Assembly: GCF_003018255.1 (NCBI RefSeq)
Contig: NZ_CP027440.1
Strand: one strand, 5' to 3'
DNA: 64,000 nucleotides
Source: Escherichia coli
Lineage (GTDB): Bacteria; Pseudomonadota; Gammaproteobacteria; Enterobacterales; Enterobacteriaceae
Made by a program: the position numbers and the translations under genes. Of this stretch, positions 46,212 to 56,771 are shown piece by piece. How positions within the stretch are numbered: position 1 is the first letter of the stretch; every line of letters begins with the position of its first letter. The notes beneath the pieces were generated by a model that was not told where the DNA came from, did not search any database, and worked only from the letters and a program-made list of their open reading frames with translations.

Positions 46212-46940
46212 ATGCAGCTAACAGGAACTCTTGTGGTCATCGGTCCTTTTATCAACGCAAGTGCAGTATTACTGGGTGGCGTTCTCGGTGCACTCCTTAG
46301 TCAACGCTTACCGGAACGTATCCGCGTCTCCATGACATCAATTTTTGGTCTGGCATCGCTGGGGATTGGTATTTTACTGGTGGTGAAATGCGCCAACCTT
46401 CCGGCGATGGTGTTAGCAACCTTACTCGGTGCATTAATCGGCGAAATGTGTCTGCTGGAAAAAGGCGTCAATACCGCGGTCACCAAAGCACAAAATCTGT
46501 TTCGCCACTCACGTAAGAAGCCAGCGCATGAATCTTTTATTCAGAATTATGTCGCGATTATTGTCCTGTTTTGCGCCAGCGGCACCGGGATCTTCGGGGC
46601 GATGAACGAAGGGATGACCGGCGATCCGAGTATTTTAATCGCCAAGTCATTTCTCGATTTCTTTACGGCGATGATCTTCGCCTGCTCGTTGGGTATTGCG
46701 GTGTCGGTAATTAGTATCCCATTACTGATCATCCAGTTAACGCTGGCGTGGGCTGCCGCGCTGATATTACCGCTGACCACACCGTCGATGATGGCAGACT
46801 TCAGCGCCGTAGGCGGTTTATTGCTGCTGGCAACCGGATTACGCATCTGTGGCATTAAAATGTTCCCGGTGGTCAACATGCTTCCAGCACTCCTTCTGGC
46901 AATGCCCCTTTCCGCCGCCTGGACCGCCTGGTTTGCCTGA
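46212..46940 (+). CDS. yqgA: DUF554 family inner membrane protein
   Basis: 242 aa polytopic membrane protein MQLTGTLVVIGPFINASAVLLGGVLGALL; start not independently confirmed. Confidence 0.8.
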   Translation: MQLTGTLVVIGPFINASAVLLGGVLGALLSQRLPERIRVSMTSIFGLASLGIGILLVVKCANLPAMVLATLLGALIGEMCLLEKGVNTAVTKAQNLFRHSRKKPAHESFIQNYVAIIVLFCASGTGIFGAMNEGMTGDPSILIAKSFLDFFTAMIFACSLGIAVSVISIPLLIIQLTLAWAAALILPLTTPSMMADFSAVGGLLLLATGLRICGIKMFPVVNMLPALLLAMPLSAAWTAWFA

Positions 46941-47045
46941 CAATGCGTGCATTAGCGGCAAAGTGATGATAGATTGTGCAGTCTGCAGTAAATTGAAGAA
47001 ATTTGATTGACGAGACGAGGCGAATCAGGTTTAATGCGCCCCGTT

Positions 47046-47121
47046 GCCCGGATAGCTCAGTCGGTAGAGCAGGGGATTGAAAATCCCCGTGTCCTTGGTT
47101 CGATTCCGAGTCCGGGCACCA
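47046..47121 (+). tRNA. pheV: tRNA-Phe (anticodon GAA)
   Basis: 76-nt sequence GCCCGGATAGCTCAGTCGGTAGAGCAGGGGATTGAAAATCCCC...TTCGATTCCGAGTCCGGGCACCA with cloverleaf arms, GAA anticodon in a TTGAAAA loop and encoded CCA. Confidence 0.9.
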
Positions 47122-47134
47122 CTAATTCTTAAGA

Positions 47135-47160
47135 ACCCGCCCACAAGGCGGGTTTTTGCT
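47135..47160 (+). terminator. pheV rho-independent terminator
   Basis: Hairpin acccgcc-cacaa-ggcgggt followed by tttttgctttt. Confidence 0.5.
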
Positions 47161-47269
47161 TTTGGCTCTGACAATAACCTTCACGAAAAAAATTAGCTTA
47201 TAAAGTCTGGGGGAATTACTCTCGCCACGTTAACGAGAGTAATTTTATTGATATTAATCTCCTGATACT

Positions 47270-47806
47270 TTACCCCCGTCCAAATTCCAGCCGCTGCACA
47301 TTCACCATTCCAGGCTTCTCACCTGCGCTGACATCAATTTGTGTCACCCGCAGCGCATACTTTTCATCCAGTGCTTTTAACCAGTTCAGCAGGTCATTAA
47401 ACACCACCGGATCTATCCAGACCTGAATATTCTCCCCGCGCTCAGCTATTCGCTTGATGACCACAGAGTGCACGGAAGCGCTGTCGCTGATGACCCGCGA
47501 TACCTGTGCTGGCGTTGTCGTGCCGGATTTTCGCGCTGCAATAATATCCGGCGCGGCGTTCTTCAGTCGGGTGTTCATTGCCACCAGCTGCTGCAACATC
47601 GTCTCCTGTTGTTCTATCCGTTCGCTCAACGGCTGCCAGATGAGGACGTAATATCCGACGCTAAACAGGAACACCACCGCTGCCAGTAACATGCCCTTTT
47701 CACGCGGAGAACGCCCCGCCAGATGTTGTGTCAGCCAGTGTTCGCCACGGCTTAACTGGCGTTCACGCCATTGCTGAAAATAGTGAATAAATTTATCGCG
47801 TAACAT
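47270..47806 (-). CDS. gspM: Type II secretion system protein M
   Basis: 178 aa, single N-terminal TM (LLAAVVFLFSVGYYVLIW), last gene of the collinear gsp operon; corresponds to K-12 yghD. Confidence 0.8.
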   Translation of the reverse strand: MLRDKFIHYFQQWRERQLSRGEHWLTQHLAGRSPREKGMLLAAVVFLFSVGYYVLIWQPLSERIEQQETMLQQLVAMNTRLKNAAPDIIAARKSGTTTPAQVSRVISDSASVHSVVIKRIAERGENIQVWIDPVVFNDLLNWLKALDEKYALRVTQIDVSAGEKPGMVNVQRLEFGRG

Positions 47807-47807
47807 G

Positions 47808-48986
47808 TTATTTCCTCCGCAACGTTACGCCGCCGGAAACCGCATCACCCTCTTTCTGTAACGCGTCCTGTTGCACAACATAATCTGCCGCCAGTGCGCT
47901 ACGCAGTTTGTCGAAGCTGGCAAAGTTCGCAGCCCGTAGCTGGAGGTGAAGCGTCTGGCGTTTTTGATCAAAGGTGAAACCACGCATTTCGATGTCGGTA
48001 AGTGACGCTGATTTCAGGGTACTGGCGATCGCTGACAATTCTGCGAGCAGCCGGGTATCGTCGGCCTGCGGGCGATATTTTTTCAGCGCCATCGTCACCT
48101 GAGAGCGTAAATTCACAATCCGCTTCTGCTCCGGGAACAGTGTTAAGAACTGTTTCTCCGCCTGGGTGCGGCTTTGCGCCACCTGTTCGCTGACGCTCCA
48201 TAACGTCACGCCCCGTTCCACTGCCAGCGCAACCAGAATCAGCAATATCGGCAGAATCATCACCCGCCAGCGCGCCCACTGTTTTCGGTAGCTGACGCGG
48301 GGCTGCCACGGCCCTGTTAGCAGGTTCCCTTCCGGTTCGCCATAAGTGGTAATGGCGGGCAGAGCCGTAACGGTCAGGCGTTCAGCATCTGGGCCAGCCC
48401 ATGCTGATAGCTCTTCCGGTGCAATGCCGACCACGGTTAGTGAAAGCGGTAAATCCTGCTCATTGAGCTGTGCGCGGAACATGACCGGAGCCAGCGCCAG
48501 CCCGGCGCTCCATCCCCGGCATTCATCGATGCGGCAGATAACCCGTTGCGCATCGCCAGCCATAAACCCACAAGGAATGGACATCCAGTCTGGCGCGACG
48601 GTAGCGCGGGTGATGCCGTTTGCCTGCAACCACTGCGCAATGTTGCGCATATGCTGTTGGTGAATCACAGCTACGGTTGCCAGTTGCTGGTCGATTTTCA
48701 ACGGGGCGAAATGCAGTTCATCGATATCCTGGTTCAGCTCTTCTTCCAGTAAGGCGGGCAGAATAGTCGGTATCTGCTTGCGGGCGACATCAGGCAGTTC
48801 AACCTGCCAGACGCTGATCCATTCGCCGGGAATGTAGAGTCGAATCGCATCAGTTTGCAGCCATTGCTGGAGCTGTTCGTTGTCAACGTCAGACCAGATG
48901 CCGTGCTCCACGTCGGTGGTACGGTGCTGCCAACGGATGGGATCGGAGGCGCAAAGCGGGATAAAAATCTCAAGCATGGAACTCAC
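47808..48986 (-). CDS. gspL: Type II secretion system protein L
   Basis: 392 aa with cytoplasmic domain, one TM (VMILPILLILVALAV) and periplasmic domain; abuts gspM. Confidence 0.8.
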   Translation of the reverse strand: MSSMLEIFIPLCASDPIRWQHRTTDVEHGIWSDVDNEQLQQWLQTDAIRLYIPGEWISVWQVELPDVARKQIPTILPALLEEELNQDIDELHFAPLKIDQQLATVAVIHQQHMRNIAQWLQANGITRATVAPDWMSIPCGFMAGDAQRVICRIDECRGWSAGLALAPVMFRAQLNEQDLPLSLTVVGIAPEELSAWAGPDAERLTVTALPAITTYGEPEGNLLTGPWQPRVSYRKQWARWRVMILPILLILVALAVERGVTLWSVSEQVAQSRTQAEKQFLTLFPEQKRIVNLRSQVTMALKKYRPQADDTRLLAELSAIASTLKSASLTDIEMRGFTFDQKRQTLHLQLRAANFASFDKLRSALAADYVVQQDALQKEGDAVSGGVTLRRK

Positions 48987-49960
48987 TCACTTTCTCCTGT
49001 CTGATGCCAGAGAACCGAAAAGTGTTGTGGGCCCATGCGGACAATTAACGAGTTCATCGTCAGTTCAATCTCATTCACGGTGATATCTGAACGCAGCCAG
49101 AAGTAATTGCTGTCCACGCTCAGGACGGTTTTTAGCTGTTTTTTAGTACGCTCATCGACGTCAGCAAGTAGCGGCTGTGCAAGAAACTGATCGACATCTT
49201 CCCAGCCCTTCGCCGGACGTTGTTGTAATAACGCCCGCGCCTGAACAGGGCTTAACCACGGGTCAAACAGCGCCTCAAGAATCACACTTTGCGCGACGTC
49301 CAGGGTATTAATGTTGATTTGCTGGCGGGTCATCGGCAGCGCACAGACCAGCGGTTTCAGTTTTTGATAAAGTCCGGCGTCCATTCCCTGCACCACGCGC
49401 ATCTCGCTGATATCAGCCAGCGGTTGATTAGCGGCGTAAAACGGCACCGAACGGGCGAGATACTCGCTGTCTTCACGGCCCAGACGCGTCTGCACGCTGC
49501 GGTCTTCGTCAATAAACTCCCACAGGCTTTCGGCTATCAGTTCGGCCCGATAAGCAGGCACATCCAGGCGCGTGATCAGGGCAATCAGTTGTTGTACCGC
49601 GAGCGGACGCGACGCCGTCGTCGGCTGAGCGAGAGCATTCAGGTTAAAGCAGGCCTGTGCGTCACGCAGAGTGACGGCGATTTGCCCCTGCGGCAGTGGG
49701 AAAAAACGAGGGCCGGAAGCCCACGGCTGCGCCAGATGCACGCGCTTTTCATTTTTCAGGCTCAGACTGAGTGCGCTCAACGCCAGGCTTTCCGCACTGG
49801 CGCTGTACCACAGCGCCTGCTGGTACTCCTGCTGGCTGCGCGTTCGCCCAAGTTGTTGCTGCATTCGCCCGGAAAGCGTGATGGTCACCAGCATCATAAC
49901 CGCCAGCAATACCAGCACCACGACCAGTGCCATTCCGCGTTTTGGTGGTGAGGTGATCAT
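48983..49960 (-). CDS. gspK: Type II secretion minor pseudopilin K
   Basis: 325 aa with N-terminal hydrophobic pseudopilin-like segment GMALVVVLVLLAVMMLVTI; 4 nt overlap with gspL. Confidence 0.8.
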   Translation of the reverse strand: MITSPPKRGMALVVVLVLLAVMMLVTITLSGRMQQQLGRTRSQQEYQQALWYSASAESLALSALSLSLKNEKRVHLAQPWASGPRFFPLPQGQIAVTLRDAQACFNLNALAQPTTASRPLAVQQLIALITRLDVPAYRAELIAESLWEFIDEDRSVQTRLGREDSEYLARSVPFYAANQPLADISEMRVVQGMDAGLYQKLKPLVCALPMTRQQININTLDVAQSVILEALFDPWLSPVQARALLQQRPAKGWEDVDQFLAQPLLADVDERTKKQLKTVLSVDSNYFWLRSDITVNEIELTMNSLIVRMGPQHFSVLWHQTGESE

Positions 49961-50562
49961 GATAATTGCGGCCCGCGTAACAACCAGATGCGTTCAATCT
50001 CGCCCCATTGCGGCGAATGCAGAGTCATGCGCACCGCCACTGGTATCGCCTGCACTGATGACCAGCTCTCCTGCCAGCGCGTGCCGTCGTAGAACTGCAA
50101 ACGGAGCGAATCCGCCGGGATTAATTTTTGCGTTGTTGGCTTCACGCTGCCTGCCGCATCGGTCAGTGGCCAGGCTAACCGTTCGAGATAACCACCATGA
50201 ATGCGGTAACCGACGGTGAGCAGATTACTGCGCGGCAGACGCATCAACGGATTAACCACGCCGCCGCGCACAAAACGCATCCCTTCACTCTCAGACGCCA
50301 GCACGCCAGCGCCCGCCAGTAACGCTGGTTCACGCTGGCCCTGATCGCCTCTTACCGGACGCGGCATCATTTGTGTCAGATCGTGGTTCAAAAAACTCAT
50401 CGTTTGCTGCATGAGGTTTAGTTTTTGATCGTGTCCGGCGACGGCGCTATTCACGCGTGTAACGCCGTTTGTCACCTGCTGCGCCATCAGTGCCAGTGAG
50501 GCAAAAATGGCAATTGCCACCAGCATTTCCAGTAACGTGAAACCAGCGCAAGTCCTTCTCAC
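49957..50562 (-). CDS. gspJ: Type II secretion minor pseudopilin J
   Basis: 201 aa with prepilin-type N-terminus GFTLLEMLVAIAIF. Confidence 0.8.
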   Translation of the reverse strand: MRRTCAGFTLLEMLVAIAIFASLALMAQQVTNGVTRVNSAVAGHDQKLNLMQQTMSFLNHDLTQMMPRPVRGDQGQREPALLAGAGVLASESEGMRFVRGGVVNPLMRLPRSNLLTVGYRIHGGYLERLAWPLTDAAGSVKPTTQKLIPADSLRLQFYDGTRWQESWSSVQAIPVAVRMTLHSPQWGEIERIWLLRGPQLS

Positions 50563-50930
50563 TGTTGGCCTCCCACGGCGCTAAACCAGGCGCGTCGTGA
50601 CTGAATCACCGACGAAAAGTCTTCGTGACGGCTGACTTCAATATCCACTGCCTGGAGCAGCGCGTTGCCTGTACTCAGCGGTGTGGTTCGCCAGTACCAG
50701 CGGCTTCCTGCCATATCACTCTCGCCCTGGTGCCTGACCGCTCGTTGTTCACGGGTCATCAGGTAAAGCAGTGCGGTCTGGTTTTCAGCTACCCAGCCCG
50801 CTACCGTTTTTTCTTCAAGGATTTGCTGATTACTCAGCGCGCCGCTGGCGATCTGTAACACCGCCATGGCGGCCAACGCAAAAATCGCCAGCGCGAGCAT
50901 TACTTCCAGCAAGGTAAATCCACGCTTCAT
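50559..50930 (-). CDS. gspI: Type II secretion minor pseudopilin I
   Basis: 123 aa, MKRGFTLLEVMLALAIF prepilin motif. Confidence 0.8.
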   Translation of the reverse strand: MKRGFTLLEVMLALAIFALAAMAVLQIASGALSNQQILEEKTVAGWVAENQTALLYLMTREQRAVRHQGESDMAGSRWYWRTTPLSTGNALLQAVDIEVSRHEDFSSVIQSRRAWFSAVGGQQ

Positions 50931-51490
50931 GGCATCCCCTCATCACATTGATTGAGGGATAACACGCCATCGTGCGCCAGCTTTACCGCCCAACACGCGT
51001 TTTGTGCCGACGCGTAAAAACGCAGTGTAAACGGCGTGGCGGGTTCAAAAGGCGAAAAACGGATCTGCGGTGTCTTCTTTTTCGCCTCTTTTTGCAGCTC
51101 CAGTTCAATATCGTGCAGCGTCAGGCGACGACGCTGCAGCTCCAGCGCATATTCCTTCTGCCAGATATCACTTCCGGGTTGTAACAGCATCTGCACCTGT
51201 TTCGGCACCGTAACCTGTGCCGATAACCGGGTCGCAGAAACGGGCAACCATTGCCCGTGACGACGCTGCATAAACTGGTAACCTGGCGGGTCGATTAGCA
51301 CACCGAGTGTTTGCCCTTCGATCACTGCCCTGTCCTTAAACTGCGCAAAGCGAGTCAGAAAATCCTGCGCCGCTTTTTTCGCGGGCGATTCAGAATCGGT
51401 CGCAAATGTCTGTACCACGCCCGCACTGGCAAGGCCGATAAGGAAAATCACCAGCATGATTTCCAGAAGAGTGAATCCGCGTCCAGGCAC
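50927..51490 (-). CDS. gspH: Type II secretion minor pseudopilin H
   Basis: 187 aa, MPGRGFTLLEIMLVIFLIGL prepilin motif. Confidence 0.8.
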   Translation of the reverse strand: MPGRGFTLLEIMLVIFLIGLASAGVVQTFATDSESPAKKAAQDFLTRFAQFKDRAVIEGQTLGVLIDPPGYQFMQRRHGQWLPVSATRLSAQVTVPKQVQMLLQPGSDIWQKEYALELQRRRLTLHDIELELQKEAKKKTPQIRFSPFEPATPFTLRFYASAQNACWAVKLAHDGVLSLNQCDEGMP

Positions 51491-51493
51491 TGA

Positions 51494-51949
51494 TTACTGA
51501 AACTCCTGCAAATTCCAGTTACCGATATCTGCGCCAGCGCCCTCCCCGTTTTCCTGACCATCTGCCCCCAGGGTATAAACATCAAACAGTCCTTTTTCAC
51601 CCGGGCTGAGATACTGATAATCATTGCCCCACGGATCCTTTGGCAGTCGTTTGATGTATCCACCGGTACGGTAGTTGCGGGCGTCCGCCATATTGGCCGG
51701 TTGCTGGATCAGCGCCTCAAGCCCCTGCTCAGTGGTCGGATAACGCCCGTTATCCAGTCGGTACATATCCAGCGCATTCTCCAGCGCCACGATATCGCTG
51801 ATGGCTTTTTGCCGATCGGCTTTCTCTTTGTTGCCCAACAGGTTAGGCACCACCAGACTTGCCAGGACGCCAAGAATAACAATCACCACCATCACTTCCA
51901 GCAGGGTAAAACCTGCCCGTGGTTTTTGTGTGCGGGATAACGAATTCAT
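51494..51949 (-). CDS. gspG: Type II secretion major pseudopilin G
   Basis: ORF track 51494..51976 starts at TTG; trimmed to ATG 51949 (GGAG 6 nt upstream) giving MNSLSRTQKPRAGFTLLEVMVVIVILGVLA (151 aa). Confidence 0.8.
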   Translation of the reverse strand: MNSLSRTQKPRAGFTLLEVMVVIVILGVLASLVVPNLLGNKEKADRQKAISDIVALENALDMYRLDNGRYPTTEQGLEALIQQPANMADARNYRTGGYIKRLPKDPWGNDYQYLSPGEKGLFDVYTLGADGQENGEGAGADIGNWNLQEFQ

Positions 51950-51965
51950 GTGATAACTCCGTAAA

Positions 51966-53189
51966 TTACATTCCAACCATATTGTTCAGTTGCAGCATCG
52001 GCTCGAGGATGGCGATGACGATAAACAGCACCACGCCCGCCATCATCACCACCAGCGCCGGCTCAAACAGCCCTAACGCCAGCCCCACCTGGGTATCAAA
52101 TTCCCGTTCCTGGTTGACCGCGGCCTGTTCAAGCATGGTTTCCAGCTCGCCGCTCTGTTCGCCGGAGGCGATCATGTACAGCATCATCGGCGGGAACAGG
52201 CGAAGATCCGCCAGCGCGGCGCGCAGGCTGCTTCCTTCGCGGACGCGATCTGCCGCCAGCAGCAGTTGTTGCTCGACATAACGATTTGCCGACACGGCGG
52301 CGGCGGTCTGAATGCCTTCCAGCAGCGGAACACTGCTGGCGGTGAGGATGCTTAACGTGCGGGAAAAACGCGCCGTATTCAGTCCGCGCGCAACACGCCC
52401 CGTCACGGGCAAACGCAGCAAGGTTTTATCCCAGCGCAGGCGCATGGCAGGATTTTTGAGTAGCCGTTGCCCCAGCACCAGAAGCCCCAGCAATCCCGCC
52501 AGCCAGTAAACGCCGCTGGTCTGTAACGTGTCGCTCATGGCGATGAGCGTGCGGGTGGAGGCAGGCAGCGCGTGTCCGAGATGATCAAACTGTTCGATGA
52601 TTTTCGGTACCACTGCCGTCAGCAAAATAGTGACTACGCCCGTTGCCACCACCAGCAATACCAGCGGATAGAGCATGGCCTGCAACAGTCGTGATTTCAG
52701 GCGCTGTCGCTGTTCGGTGTAATCCGCAAGGCGATTGAGCACCACGTCGAGATGCCCGGATTTTTCTCCGGCAGCGACCATCGAACAAAACAGGGAGTCA
52801 AAGACGCGGGGATGTTCGCGCAGGCTGTCCGACAGGGTATAACCTTCCTGAATCCGGCTGCGCAGCGCCATTCCGAGGCTTTTTACATGCAGTTTTTCGC
52901 TTTGCTCACTGACCGCCTGTAAGCAGGTTTCCAGCGGCATTGCTGCCTGCACCAGCGTTGCCAGTTGACGAGTGAACAGCGCCAGATCTGCTGCCGCCAC
53001 GCGACGATGTGCGTGCCGCCGACGCTGCAACATTCCCCCTGCCGATGCATTCATCCGGGCTTCAATGTGCACGGGAATGAGGTCTTTACCGCGCAACAAT
53101 TGACGGGCATGACGCGCGGAATCCGCCTCAATCATGCCTTTGGTTTTGCGACCATTACGCTCCAGCGCCTGATAGTAAAACAGTGCCAT
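51966..53189 (-). CDS. gspF: Type II secretion inner-membrane platform protein F
   Basis: 407 aa with duplicated GspF/PilC-type domains and three TM segments. Confidence 0.85.
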   Translation of the reverse strand: MALFYYQALERNGRKTKGMIEADSARHARQLLRGKDLIPVHIEARMNASAGGMLQRRRHAHRRVAAADLALFTRQLATLVQAAMPLETCLQAVSEQSEKLHVKSLGMALRSRIQEGYTLSDSLREHPRVFDSLFCSMVAAGEKSGHLDVVLNRLADYTEQRQRLKSRLLQAMLYPLVLLVVATGVVTILLTAVVPKIIEQFDHLGHALPASTRTLIAMSDTLQTSGVYWLAGLLGLLVLGQRLLKNPAMRLRWDKTLLRLPVTGRVARGLNTARFSRTLSILTASSVPLLEGIQTAAAVSANRYVEQQLLLAADRVREGSSLRAALADLRLFPPMMLYMIASGEQSGELETMLEQAAVNQEREFDTQVGLALGLFEPALVVMMAGVVLFIVIAILEPMLQLNNMVGM

Positions 53190-54682
53190 TACGCCTCCAT
53201 GGTTACCCGCAGAACTTCATCGAGAGAGGTTTCTCCGGCGAGCACTTTCTCAATGCCGTTGCTGCGGATACCCGCAGAGTGTTGTCGGACATAACGTTCC
53301 AGCTCCAGCTCCCCGGCCTGACGGTGGATCAAATCACGCAATGTGGCGTCCACCACGATCAACTCATGGATGGCAGTACGTCCGCGAAAACCTTTGTGAT
53401 TACAGGCGGGGCAGCCCTGTGGATGGTACAGAGTGACGGTACGCGCGTCGGTAATTCCCAGCAGGCGTTTTTCTTCGTCAGTGGCAGGTGCGGGCTGGCG
53501 GCAGTCGGGGCACAGCGTGCGGACCAGTCGCTGCGCCATCACACCCGTCAGACTGGAAGAGAGCAGGAAAGGCTCCACGCCCATATCCTGCAAACGCGTA
53601 ATCGCCCCCACCGCCGTGTTGGTATGCAGCGTGGAAAGTACCAGGTGCCCAGTGAGCGACGCCTGAACGGCGATTTCTGCGGTTTCGGTATCGCGGATTT
53701 CACCGACCATCACCACATCCGGGTCCTGACGCAAAATCGCGCGCAGGCCACGGGCAAAGGTCATGCCGACGCGGGTGTTAACCTGCGTCTGACCGATCCC
53801 TTCAATCATGTATTCGATGGGGTCTTCAACCGTGAGAATGTTACGCGAGTGGTTGTTCAGCTCCTGCAATCCAGCGTACAGCGTGGTGCTTTTGCCGGAA
53901 CCGGTCGGCCCCGTCACCAGAAAAATGCCGTGCGGTTTGTGTAACAGCTGGCGCAACTGCGCAGTCAGTTCGAGACTTAAACCCAGACGCTCCAGCGTCA
54001 GGCGAGCCTGGTTTTTGTCCAGCAGTCGCAGCACCACGCGCTCGCCCCAGGCGGAAGGCATGGTTGATACACGGACGTCAATCGCCCGACCGCCCAGCAG
54101 CAGCGCAATACGGCCATCCTGCGGTACGCGCTTTTCGGCGATATCCAGCCGCGCCATCACCTTGATACGCGAGACCAGCAGCGAGGCCAGTTTACGACCG
54201 GGGCGCAACATTTCATGTAATGTGCCGTCAACGCGAAAACGGATCACCAGACTCTTTTCAAACGTCTCAATGTGGATATCCGAAGCGCCTTCTTTGATTG
54301 CCTCTGCCAGCATGGCGTTGATCAGTTTGATGATCGGCGCATCGTCGTCACTTTCCAGCAGATCTTCCGTTTCCGGCAGTTCTTCAGCGAGGGTAAAAAA
54401 GTCCTCGGCGGAACCGAGATCTTCCATCAGCTGGCGAGCTTCGGAAGAGTCCCGCTGCCAGACCGCATTCAGCCGCTGTTCAAATTCAGCCTCGTCGATT
54501 TGCCGCAGTGTAAAGGGCGCATTCAGCCCCCGCTGTAGCTCCTGTAAAACAGAGAGCGACAACGGATGAACATGGAGGATCTCCAGCGACGCTTCGCACC
54601 ATGCCACCAGGCTAAACCGACGGCTGAAACTGTAGGGCAGACGCACGGTGTTAGCGGTGGTTTCCTGTGCTACAGGCACCAT
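53189..54682 (-). CDS. gspE: Type II secretion ATPase E
   Basis: 497 aa; Walker [10 protein letters not shown], Walker B/His box and C-terminal tetracysteine CPDC...CPAC zinc motif. Confidence 0.85.
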   Translation of the reverse strand: MVPVAQETTANTVRLPYSFSRRFSLVAWCEASLEILHVHPLSLSVLQELQRGLNAPFTLRQIDEAEFEQRLNAVWQRDSSEARQLMEDLGSAEDFFTLAEELPETEDLLESDDDAPIIKLINAMLAEAIKEGASDIHIETFEKSLVIRFRVDGTLHEMLRPGRKLASLLVSRIKVMARLDIAEKRVPQDGRIALLLGGRAIDVRVSTMPSAWGERVVLRLLDKNQARLTLERLGLSLELTAQLRQLLHKPHGIFLVTGPTGSGKSTTLYAGLQELNNHSRNILTVEDPIEYMIEGIGQTQVNTRVGMTFARGLRAILRQDPDVVMVGEIRDTETAEIAVQASLTGHLVLSTLHTNTAVGAITRLQDMGVEPFLLSSSLTGVMAQRLVRTLCPDCRQPAPATDEEKRLLGITDARTVTLYHPQGCPACNHKGFRGRTAIHELIVVDATLRDLIHRQAGELELERYVRQHSAGIRSNGIEKVLAGETSLDEVLRVTMEA

Positions 54683-56742
54683 TAACGCGTTCTCCCGGCA
54701 TTGAGGAATGCGCGTACTTCCGGCGGTAAGGCCTGGTTTTGCGCTGGCAGTACCGGCTGCGCGGTGTGCGGCATCAGGCTTAAGCCTTGCTCATCGCGAT
54801 AGATCTGCTCGGCGCGCATGTAGTTATATTTGCGCTGCGACACGCCGTCTGCCGCCATACCGTCACGCAGAATGGTCGGGCGGATAAACACCATCAGGTT
54901 ACGTTTTTCTTTTTTATCCGCCGTCGATTTAAACAGGTTACCAATCAACGGGATATCGCCCAGCAGCGGCACTTTCGCCACGCTTTCTCCCGCCTGGTCG
55001 TCCATCAGACCGCCAAGCACAATCAGCTCACCATCGTTAGCCAGCACGGTGGTTTTCAGTTTGCGCTCACCAAACACGACGTCGAGGCTGGTCTGTCCTT
55101 CCACCTTCGAGACTTCCTGCTCAATCACCATCTGTACCGCGTTACCTTCGTTAATCTGCGGCGTGACTTTCAGCATGATGCCGACTTTTTTCCTTTCTAC
55201 TGTATTGAAAGGATTGCTGTTATTGGAGCCAACGGTAGAGCCGGTTAATACCGGAACATCCTGGCCTACCATGAAGAAGGCTTCCTGGTTGTCCAGCGTG
55301 GTGATGCTCGGCGTGGAGAGCACGTTCGAGCTGGAGTCGTTTTTGACCGCCTGTACCAGTGCCATCCAGTCGCCTTTCACCACGCCAACCGCCGTACCGC
55401 TAAAGCCAGAAAGAAGCTGAGCAAGCGTGGAGAGATCGCCGTTAGTATCCGGATTTATGGTGGTAGCGCCGTTTTCACTGATCACCGTCGAGCCTTTCTG
55501 CGGTTTTGCCTGAGAAATCGCTGCGCCCAGCGTACCGATAGGGATCTGCGTACCGTTAGCAAACTGCATTAATCCGGCATCTTTCGACGCCCACTGCACG
55601 CCGAAGTTGATATTGCTGCCTTCAGCAACTTCCACGATCAACGCCTCGACATGCACCTGAGCACGGCGAATATCCAGTTGTTCAATCACGCTTTGCAGCG
55701 ACTGCATGATGTCCTGCGGCGCGGTAACAATCAGGGCATTACTGTGTTTGCTGGCGGCGATGGAGACAACCTCACGCCCGCTACCGACGGTGCCTTCCGC
55801 CTCTTCTTTAGCCGCCGTGAGCGTACCGCTGACCTGCTTCAGTACATCGACCAGATCTTCCGCTTTGCTGTATTTGAGATAGAACACCTGGCTGTTGCCG
55901 CTGCGCTCCATTTCTGAGTCCAGCCGACGGATCAGGCGGCGCATTTTGTCCCGCGTGGCCGGGTCACCACTGACAATCACACTGTTGGTGCGTTCGTCGG
56001 CGACAATCTGTGATTTCAGCGTCGCAGGCTGGTTCTCGCCGCTGTTTTTCGTCAGGCTTTCCAGCACGCGGGCGATTTCCGAAGCCGAGGCGTTATCCAG
56101 CGGGATCACCTCTTCAGTGCGATTTCCCGCGTGATCCACGCGCTGGATCACTTCTGTCAGCCGCTCCACGACGGAGGCGCGTCCGGTGAGCATAATTACG
56201 TTGGAGGGATCGTAATTAACAACGTTGCCTGAGCCTGCGCTGTCGATCATCTGGCGCAAAATCGGTGCCAGTTCGCGGACCGACACATTACGTACCGGCA
56301 CTACTTTGGTGACCATTTCATCGCCCGCGTAGTTGTCGCTGCCTTCACCAACCAGCGGCAGCGGCTCGACTTTCGCGGCACTGGATTTCACCACCTTCAG
56401 CACGTCGTTTTCCATCGGTACGACCGCATACCCCTGTGCTTCCAGCAGGTTAAGGAATAACTGGTAATACTGGCGTTCATTGAGCGGAGTCATAGTGCGA
56501 ATACTCACTTTCCCCTGAACGCCCGGCCCCATAATGATGGTTTTATTAAGGTTAGCGCCGACGGTTTCGATGAACGATTTCAGGTCAGTATCTTTAAAAT
56601 TAGCGGTGAAAGTGGCTTCTTCCGCCCAGACCGGTGAACTGCATAATGCCGCTGCCAGCACCAGCGGCAGTAAACGCTTTTTTGTTTTGAGGCCAGTTGT
56701 CTTCTTACGCCAGACCGACAACGTAATATCACGCCAAAACAC
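54682..56742 (-). CDS. gspD: Type II secretion outer-membrane secretin D
   Basis: 686 aa; signal peptide, N-terminal periplasmic domains and C-terminal secretin domain (VLGGLMDDQ...[14 protein letters not shown]). Confidence 0.85.
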   Translation of the reverse strand: MFWRDITLSVWRKKTTGLKTKKRLLPLVLAAALCSSPVWAEEATFTANFKDTDLKSFIETVGANLNKTIIMGPGVQGKVSIRTMTPLNERQYYQLFLNLLEAQGYAVVPMENDVLKVVKSSAAKVEPLPLVGEGSDNYAGDEMVTKVVPVRNVSVRELAPILRQMIDSAGSGNVVNYDPSNVIMLTGRASVVERLTEVIQRVDHAGNRTEEVIPLDNASASEIARVLESLTKNSGENQPATLKSQIVADERTNSVIVSGDPATRDKMRRLIRRLDSEMERSGNSQVFYLKYSKAEDLVDVLKQVSGTLTAAKEEAEGTVGSGREVVSIAASKHSNALIVTAPQDIMQSLQSVIEQLDIRRAQVHVEALIVEVAEGSNINFGVQWASKDAGLMQFANGTQIPIGTLGAAISQAKPQKGSTVISENGATTINPDTNGDLSTLAQLLSGFSGTAVGVVKGDWMALVQAVKNDSSSNVLSTPSITTLDNQEAFFMVGQDVPVLTGSTVGSNNSNPFNTVERKKVGIMLKVTPQINEGNAVQMVIEQEVSKVEGQTSLDVVFGERKLKTTVLANDGELIVLGGLMDDQAGESVAKVPLLGDIPLIGNLFKSTADKKEKRNLMVFIRPTILRDGMAADGVSQRKYNYMRAEQIYRDEQGLSLMPHTAQPVLPAQNQALPPEVRAFLNAGRTR

Positions 56743-56771
56743 GATGAATGATTCTCCTGGATTAAATGCGG

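Noticed and set aside
45921..46212. Three overlapping small minus-strand ORFs (65-80 aa) upstream of speC
   Set aside because: Mutually overlapping in different frames with no RBS; most likely non-coding leader or promoter DNA.
53808..54569. 253-aa plus-strand ORF (Ser/Arg-rich)
   Set aside because: Antisense within gspE; compositionally biased; a shadow ORF.
54787..55420. Overlapping plus-strand ORFs of 153 and 196 aa
   Set aside because: Antisense within gspD; no independent support.
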